A DNA stretch of 64,000 nt from Octopus vulgaris (lineage: Eukaryota): positions 126,046,001 to 126,110,000 of the forward strand of contig OX597816.1 of NCBI GenBank assembly GCA_951406725.2, read 5' to 3'. The position numbers were made by a program, and so were the translations under genes. The notes below the pieces were generated by a model. It saw nothing but the letters and a program-made list of their open reading frames with translations, had not been told where the DNA came from and did no database searches. The stretch's first letter is position 1. Each line of letters begins with the position of its first letter. Positions 54,909 through 64,000 of this stretch are shown in pieces.

Positions 54909-55774
54909 CATACATATATACATATATTTATACATATATACATATATATATATATACATACATATATACATATATTTATATATACATACATATATATATA
55001 TATACATACATATATACATATATTTATATATACATACATATATACATATATTTATATATACATACATATATACATATATTTATATATACATACATATATA
55101 CATATATTTATATATACATACATATATACATATATTTATATATACATACATATATACATATATTTATATATACATACATATATACATATATTATATATAC
55201 ATACATATATACATATATTTATATATACATACATATATACATATATTTATATATACATACATATATACATATATTTATATATACATACATATATACATAT
55301 ATTTATATATACATACATATATACATATATTTATATATACATACATATATACATATATACATACATATATACATATATATACATACATATATACATATAT
55401 ATACATACATATATACTTATATATACATACATACATACATATATACATATATATACATACATATATACATATATATACATACATATATACATATATATAC
55501 ATACATATATACATATATATACATACATATATACATATATATACATACATATATACATATATATATATATACATATATATATATACATATATACATATAT
55601 ATATACACATATACATATATATATACATATATATATACATATACATATATACATACATATATACATATATATATACATATACATATATATATACATACAT
55701 ATATACATATATATATACATATATATACATACATATATACATATATATATATATACATATATATACATACATAA

Positions 55775-55817
<43 letters not shown>

Positions 55818-55885
55818 TATACATACATATATATATATACATATATATACATACATATATACATATATATATATATACATATATA

Positions 55886-55917
<32 letters not shown>

Positions 55918-55940
55918 CATATATATACATACATATATAC

Positions 55941-55971
<31 letters not shown>

Positions 55972-56376
55972 CATATATATACATACATATATATATATAC
56001 ATATATATACATACATATATACATATATATATATATACATATACATACATATATACACATATACATATACATATACATACATATACATATATATATACAT
56101 ACATATATACATATATATACATACATATATACACATATACATATACATATACATACATATACATATATATATACATACATATATACATATATATACATAT
56201 ACATATATATACATATATATATATACATATACATACATATATACATATACATACATATATACATATATATATATACATATACATATATATATACATACAT
56301 ATATACATATACATATATATACATATACATATATATATACATACATATATATACATATACATATATATATACATAC

Positions 56377-56408
<32 letters not shown>

Positions 56409-56838
56409 ATATACATACATATATATACATATACATATATATATACATACATATATATACATATACATATATATATACATACATATATACATATATATAT
56501 ATATACATATACATATATATATATACATATACATATATATATACATATACATATATATACATATACATATATATATACATACACATATATATACATATAC
56601 ATATATATATACATACATATATATACATATACATATATATACATACATATATACATATATATATATACATATACATATATATATATACATACATATATAC
56701 ATATACATATATATATACATACATATATACATATATATATACATATACATACATATATACATATATATATACATATACATATATATATACATACATATAT
56801 ACATACATATATACATATATATATATATACATATATAT

Positions 56839-56881
<43 letters not shown>

Positions 56882-57445
56882 TACATATATATATACATAC
56901 ATATATACATATATATATACATATATATATACATATATATATACATACATATATATATATATACATATATATATATACATATATATATACATACATATAT
57001 ATATATACATAATATAATATATATATACATACATATATATATACATACATATATATATACATATATATATACATATATATATACATATATATATACATAT
57101 ATATATATACATATATATACATACATATATACATATATATATACATATATATACATACATATACACATATATATACATACATATATATATACATACATAT
57201 ATATATATATACATGTATATATATACATATATATACATACATATATATATATACATATATACATACATATATACATACATATATATATATATACATATAT
57301 ATATACATATATACATATATATATACATATATACATACATATATATATATATACATATATATATACAAACATATATATATACATACATATATATATACAT
57401 ACATATATATATACACATATATATATACATATATATACATACATA

Positions 57446-57500
<55 letters not shown>

Positions 57501-57895
57501 ACATACATATATATATATACATACATATATATATACATACATATATATATACATACATATATACATACATATATATATACATACATATATATATATACAT
57601 ATTATACATACATATATATACACATATATATATACACATATATATATACATATATATACATACACATATATATACACATATATATACATACATATATATA
57701 TACATATATATACATACATATACATATACATATATATACATACATATATATATATACATATATATACATACATATATATATATACATACATATATATATA
57801 TATACATACATATATATATACATACATATATATATACATACATATATATATATACATACATATATATATATACATACATATATATATATACATAC

Positions 57896-57930
<35 letters not shown>

Positions 57931-58130
57931 CATACATATATATATATACATACATATATATATATACATACATATATATATACATACATACATATATATA
58001 TACATACATATATATATACATACATACATATATATATACATACATATATATATATACATACATACATATATATACATACATACATATATATATATATACA
58101 TATACATATATATACATATATATATACATA

Positions 58131-58224
<94 letters not shown>

Positions 58225-58280
58225 CATACATACATATATATATATACATATACATATATATACATATATATATATACATA

Positions 58281-58320
<40 letters not shown>

Positions 58321-58605
58321 CATATATATATATACATACATATATATATATACATATATATATATACATACATATATATATACATATATATACATACATA
58401 CATATATATATACATATATATACATACATACATATATATATACATATATATACATACATATATATATATATACATATATATACATACATATATATATATA
58501 CATACATATATATATATACACATATATATACATACATATACATATATATACATACATACATATATACATATATACATATACATACATACATATATACATA
58601 TATAT
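54533..58605. repeat. ~4-kb (TA)n/(TACA)n microsatellite array
   Basis: Direct inspection; source of the >1000-aa artefactual ORFs. Confidence 0.98.
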
Positions 58606-58707
58606 TAATTGTGATTTTTGCTACCCAGGTATCGGTTATCATTTGAATTATCCGAAATAAGATAATTCATTTATCTACTTCAATAATTATATACATATAT
58701 ATATACA

Positions 58708-58767
<60 letters not shown>

Positions 58768-59339
58768 CATACATATATACATATTTCTTCATCGATTCTG
58801 TACCAACACGCCGAAGAGGAACACGGGGGATCAATCAATAACATAGAGATTAAGATATTGTCCACACATAGAACAGATGCAACAATTAGACAAATTACAG
58901 AAGCTACACATATAATAGAAAATAAACCTAGCCTGAATAGAAAACTAGAATGGAGCAATAGCACACACCACAACATATGACGATAGAGGATCCCGAAACC
59001 ATAATAAATAAATACACAGATAAATAAACAAATAGAAATGAATAACTATATATATATATATATATATATTTATTTTTTTTTCGATTAGATTTATTATTAT
59101 TATTACTAATATTGTTGTTATACATACATACAAGCATATGTAATGATAATAATGGGTGGATGTAAACACATGAACAAAATTAGAACAAAAGCAACAACAA
59201 CAAAAACAAAATACAAATTACATGAATGTATATAAACAGAAGATACAAATATTACAGGCATCCCCCCCCCACACACACACACTAAATAAACATAGACGCA
59301 CATAGAGATATAAGCATGCGCAAATGAAGACATACAATA

Positions 59340-59990
59340 GAAATACAAAATGGCTGACGGTTAGTAAGGAGAGACACAAATACGAAAGAAGAAAACAAAG
59401 GACCACTGATGCGGTCACAGGAGTGTGATGAAAGAACTCTGGCCGAAATAAGATTAAGATTAATGTAAAAAATAAATATCACTGAAGCAAAATAACACCA
59501 AATATATAGTGCGTGTGTTTTTATTGGCTAAACTGGCAATATGACCATTCCGAAATATAACAATATCTGTTTCAACACACGACTTCACATAAAAAATCTT
59601 GCACAACAAATATTTAAAAGTACATATATACATATACATATATATATACATATACATATATATATATATACATATATATATATTACTTCCGGTTTTCGTA
59701 GAGGAAAGACGTGTTTGCTTTTGCTCTGTGGAAAAACAGAAAGGTTTGCATAAATCGACGAAATATTCTACTAAAAGTAACAAAAAGTAGAACTTGTTAA
59801 CTCATAAAGTCTACTAAAATACATTAATTGAAAATATATTAATTATAAATGTAATATATTTCGCTTGAAGCCAAATATAATACAGTAAATTTGGTTACGC
59901 ATGCTAGAATATTCGCCGAAAAGCACATGGTGGCAAGTCTTTCTGTTGTGAAAGAAAATTTCTTCGTACAAGCACGATCGTTTGGTCTGT
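59340..59990. promoter_or_regulatory. Candidate promoter region
   Basis: Unique DNA with visibly more CpG than 1-32 kb; ETS-type ACTTCCGGT at 59685-59693 and YY1-like CAAAATGGC at ~59346. Confidence 0.35.
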
Positions 59991-60016
59991 ACCTTTCAAG
60001 ATAAGTATCGCATGTA

Positions 60017-60688
60017 ATTGTCTGTTTATTAATTTTTTAAGCTAACATCTCAGTTACGATTGTTTGTTTATTAATTTTTTAGGCTAACATCTCAGTTACG
60101 ATTGTTTGTTTATTAAATTTTTAGGCTAACATCTCAGTTACGATTGTTTGTATAGTAATTTTTTAGGCTAACATCTCAGATAAGATTCTTTGTTTACTAA
60201 TTTTTTAAGCTAACATCTCAGTTACAATAGTTTGTTTATAAATTTTTTAGGCTAACGTCTCAGATAAGATTCTTTGTTTACTAATTTTTCAAGCTAACAT
60301 CTCAGATACGATTGTTTGTTTATTAATTTTTTAAGCTGATATTTCAGTTACGATTGTTTGTTTATTAATTTTTTAAACCGACATCTTAGTTACGATTGTT
60401 TGTTTATTAATTTTTTAAGCTGAAATCTCAGTTACGATTGTTTGTTTATTAATTTTTTAGGCTAACATCTCAGTTACGATTGTTTGTTTATTAATTTTTT
60501 AAACTGACATCTTAGTTACGATTGTTTGTTTATTAATTCTTTAAGCTAACATCCCAGTTACGATTGTTTGTTTATTATTTTTTTAAGATAACATCTCAGT
60601 TACGATTGTTTGTTTATTAAATTTTTTAGGCTAACATCTCAGTTACGATTGTTTGTTTATCAAATTTTTAAGTTTACATCTCAGTTAC
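60017..60688. repeat. 42-bp minisatellite, about 16 copies
   Basis: Unit attgtttgtttattaattttttaggctaacatctcagttacg; gctaac recurs at 60041, 60083 and 60125. Confidence 0.97.
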
Positions 60689-60689
60689 A

Positions 60690-61190
60690 TATCTTACTCT
60701 TTTTCTCATCTCCCCTCCTCCCTTTCATATCCTCCTCTTCTCTCATTTCTCTTTCCTTTCCATCTTACATCTACCTCTCCTCTCGTCACCTCACCCTCTC
60801 TCTCATATACTTCTCATCCGCCCATTCTTCTCACTCCGTCTCTCCCTCTCTCTCACATCCTTCATCCTGTCTCTCTTTCTCTTGCTATCCTCTCCCTCCC
60901 CTCTGTTTCTCTTTCTCTTCCCTCCCCTCTCCTTTACTCTGCCTCTCTTTCTCTTCCCCTCTTCTCCTTCATTCTGTCTCTCCTTCTATTCTCTTCCTCT
61001 CCCTCTCCCCTACCTTCAGCTATCTTTTTAACACACCATACCCCTTGCTTTCCTCCTATCACCCTCTCGATTTCTTTCATAGCACCTCTCTCTTTCCTTC
61101 CTATCTCCCTCTCTCTTTCCCTATCCCCCCCCTGTGTTTCTCCGTCTCTACCTCTCTCTATCCCTCATTTCCTCTCTAGCCTCTACTCCC
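60690..61190. repeat. Polypyrimidine low-complexity tract
   Basis: About 500 nt of almost only C/T on the + strand. Confidence 0.9.
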
Positions 61191-61194
61191 CCTC

Positions 61195-62008
61195 TGGACC
61201 TCAAAACGAAGATGGCACCAAAGTGGGAAAAAGAAAGAGTTAAATCTTCTGCTGAGAGCATGGACGATTGCTAGAGGCGATCCGCCGAACAACATCATCA
61301 CTGCCGCGCTAAAAAACAATGGTTTTCATAGAACCATTGACCAGATAGAGCTGAAGAAAAGTGAGTTTATCCAGTCTTACATGCTTATAAGACCACATAT
61401 TAAAACACTGGACAACATAATTGAAAATTATAGTGGCAAAGCTGATGAGGATGAAGGGGACGAAAAAGAGATGGAAGCCGGAAGTCTCTGGGATCAAGGG
61501 GTTCCTCAGGAAAATGGATCACCTACCCCGGTGAACGACCAAGTAGTGAAGGATAGGGGAGCCAAGGGAGCAGACACCAGAAGCCCCCCTGTACCAGTGG
61601 TCCTACGAAGAGATGAAAAATTAGAAAAACAGAAGAAAAAAGGAAGGACCGAAAACAAAAATGAGGGAAAAGGATGAAAAGGCAAAACAACCAAAGCTGA
61701 AACCCCAACCCACCACGCAAACAGCAGAGAACCCCATGGAGGATCCAATGCCACCCAGTACACTTCAGGAAAGAAGAAATCTGGAAGGCACCGAAGAACC
61801 TGTAAGTTCTACCTGTGGGTTAAATGTTGGCATGGTGAGGACGACAAAAACTGCCGGTTCGTCCACCCGACACCTCGCCAGAACTTCAGGGGACTCAAAG
61901 AGAAAAACTTTACCGAGGGAACACAAGAAATGTCTCCCAGGAAAACTTTCAAAAACGAAGTGCACTCCTCAGATGTTCTGCACAACGCAGCAGCTGAGCA
62001 AGAGTCTT
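61195..62008 (+). mobile_element. Probable LINE ORF1 remnant with CCCH zinc finger
   Basis: 61801-61869 translates CKFYLWVKCWHGEDDKNCRFVHP (C-x7-C-x8-C-x3-H); broken frames; ends abruptly in a TA tract. Confidence 0.55.
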
Positions 62009-62011
62009 TTT

Positions 62012-62638
62012 TATACATGTATATATATATATACATGTATATATATATATATATATAAATATACATATATGCATATATATATATACATATGTATACACAC
62101 ATTTATATATCTATACATATATCTATATATACATATATATACATGCATATAGACATATACATACATACATGCATATAGACATATACATACATATATATAT
62201 TCATATATATATACATACATACATACATATATATTCATATATATATACATATATACATACATACATATATATTCATATATATATACACATACATATATAT
62301 ATATATACATACATATATCCATACATACATATATATATATACATACATATATATATCCATACATACATATATATACATATATCCATACATATATATATCC
62401 ATACATACATATATATACATATATCCATACATATATATATCCATACATACATATATATACATATATCCATACATATATATATACATATATCCATACATAT
62501 ATATATATATATACATACATATATCCATACATATATATACATACATATATCCATACATATATATATATATATATATACATATACACACACACATATATAT
62601 ATACATATATATATATATATAAATACATATGTAGATGT

Positions 62639-62678
<40 letters not shown>

Positions 62679-62688
62679 TATACATATA
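62012..62688. repeat. Complex AT microsatellite
   Basis: Direct inspection. Confidence 0.97.
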
Positions 62689-62862
62689 ATCCTCATAGCT
62701 GACATGTGATGTGATTGAAAGAGTACAATATAGCCAGGAATAGATGACCACCACCTAAGGGAGGTTATCGTAAGGCATTATTCATATCTGTATCATTTCC
62801 TCCTACTTGTTTTAAAGAGTATATACCCCACCTCGATAAGTTCCCGACCAATGGTATTTTAG

Positions 62863-62908
<46 letters not shown>

Positions 62909-63082
62909 GACACTCACACACACATACATAGCTACAGATACACAAAGTTACACACACATACACATTTACATTCACACTCATACATGCCAGGAAGCATATA
63001 AATGCAACATAAAGTGGAAAAAGTCTTCACACACTGTTAATCAGCTACAACTTACCTTTCTTAACACAGCTGTGATATATAT

Positions 63083-63146
<64 letters not shown>

Positions 63147-63286
63147 CACACACACACACATATATATATGCACATATATATACACACATATATACATATA
63201 TATGAATACGCATATGTATATGCATATACAAATATATATATGTATACATACATATATGTATATATATACATACATATATATATATA

Positions 63287-63683
63287 CTAGCAGTATCGCC
63301 CGGCGTTGCTCGGGTTTGTAAGGGAAATAACTATATAAGCACTTTTAGAGAGTTATAGCCAAAAAATAGCAAAAAACTGCATTAAAAATTGAAAAAAAAT
63401 TAAGGTAATTTTTTTTTTAAATCGTTGACACATCGTAGATATTTTTAGAGAGTTACTTCCCTTATATAATAACGAAAAATATGCATTAAAATGGAAAAAT
63501 ATGATGGTAAATTTTTTTAAATCGTAGACTCATCGTAGACGCGCACTAATACCCAGAAGGGCTCGATATGAATCACGACTATAAGATACCCGCTTTTGGT
63601 TAAACTACACCGCAAAATGTGGGAGTAGTTACGAATCTAAATCGTAGGAGACAGACACACAACTTCACTCTTATATATAAAGA
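63287..63683 (-). mobile_element. Non-autonomous Helitron
   Basis: Minus strand begins A|TC tttatatataag and ends with hairpin cccgagcaacgccggg then gatactgCTAG|T; inserted between A and T with no TSD. Confidence 0.8.
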
Positions 63684-63794
63684 TATAAGCCACGTAGTTA
63701 TATACACATACTTTGTTATATACACATTCTTAAAAGAAAATGTTATTTTGAATACAACATTTACAAAGAATAAAATATTTTTGGTTTTTCTTAA

Positions 63795-64000
63795 CCCTTT
63801 CGTTACTATATTTCTGACCAAAATACACCCCTTATGTGTTTCAATTAATTTCTAACGTAATCATAAATTTAGTCTGGTTTCATTAAACAACTATAACTTT
63901 TTTATTTATGAATATATTAATCTGATTTTTGGAAGATAATTTAGTGAAATGTTCTCAACCAATTCTATACTATAATTTTTGTCACAAAGTGACTCTAATT
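63795..64000. mobile_element. Possible piggyBac-type MITE left end (runs off window)
   Basis: TTAA followed by CCCTTT terminus; second end not visible. Confidence 0.4.

Noticed and set aside
48132-58646. Very long ORFs (up to 1102 aa) rich in Y, I, C, M, V, H and T
   Set aside because: Translations of TA/CA microsatellites that lack stop codons; not genes
59424-59485. C/D-box snoRNA-like GTGATGA...CTGA on the + strand
   Set aside because: No convincing terminal stem or recognisable rRNA antisense element; opposite to the inferred host strand
60017-60688. CRISPR-like regular array
   Set aside because: Contiguous tandem units without unique spacers, eukaryotic context, no cas genes
60610-61243. 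Ser/Leu/Pro/Phe-rich ORFs of about 190 aa
   Set aside because: Artefact of the polypyrimidine tract

Overview
AT-rich, repeat-dense animal genomic DNA. It is most likely from a coleoid cephalopod (Octopus-like), inferred from the RTE/SINE tails ending in (GAT)n, the CR1 and Penelope families and the huge (TA/CA) microsatellites; no database check was possible. About half the window is decayed transposons. These include a 5'-truncated RTE LINE with a PHD-type finger inside its RT plus many RTE/SINE fragments, five CR1-clade LINE copies, Penelope-like RT and GIY-YIG fragments with hammerhead-ribozyme-like motifs, a HERO-type fragment, two Helitron-like elements and two MITE-like elements. The 32-58.6 kb region is a nest of retroelements sitting in kb-long AT microsatellites. 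The only credible host coding signal is one minus-strand exon (21464-21655) encoding a signal-peptide-like N-terminus, so the window is probably the intron-rich 5' part of an unidentified minus-strand gene whose promoter may lie near 59.3-60 kb. No intact protein-coding gene, tRNA, rRNA or CRISPR array was seen. The most notable items are a well-formed hammerhead with a ~95-nt structured stem II (43553-43679), a duplicated intronic segment with a conserved hairpin (22.2-23.5 kb), and an inverted 35-nt piece of the neighbouring LINE captured twice in a microsatellite (37.0-37.3 kb).
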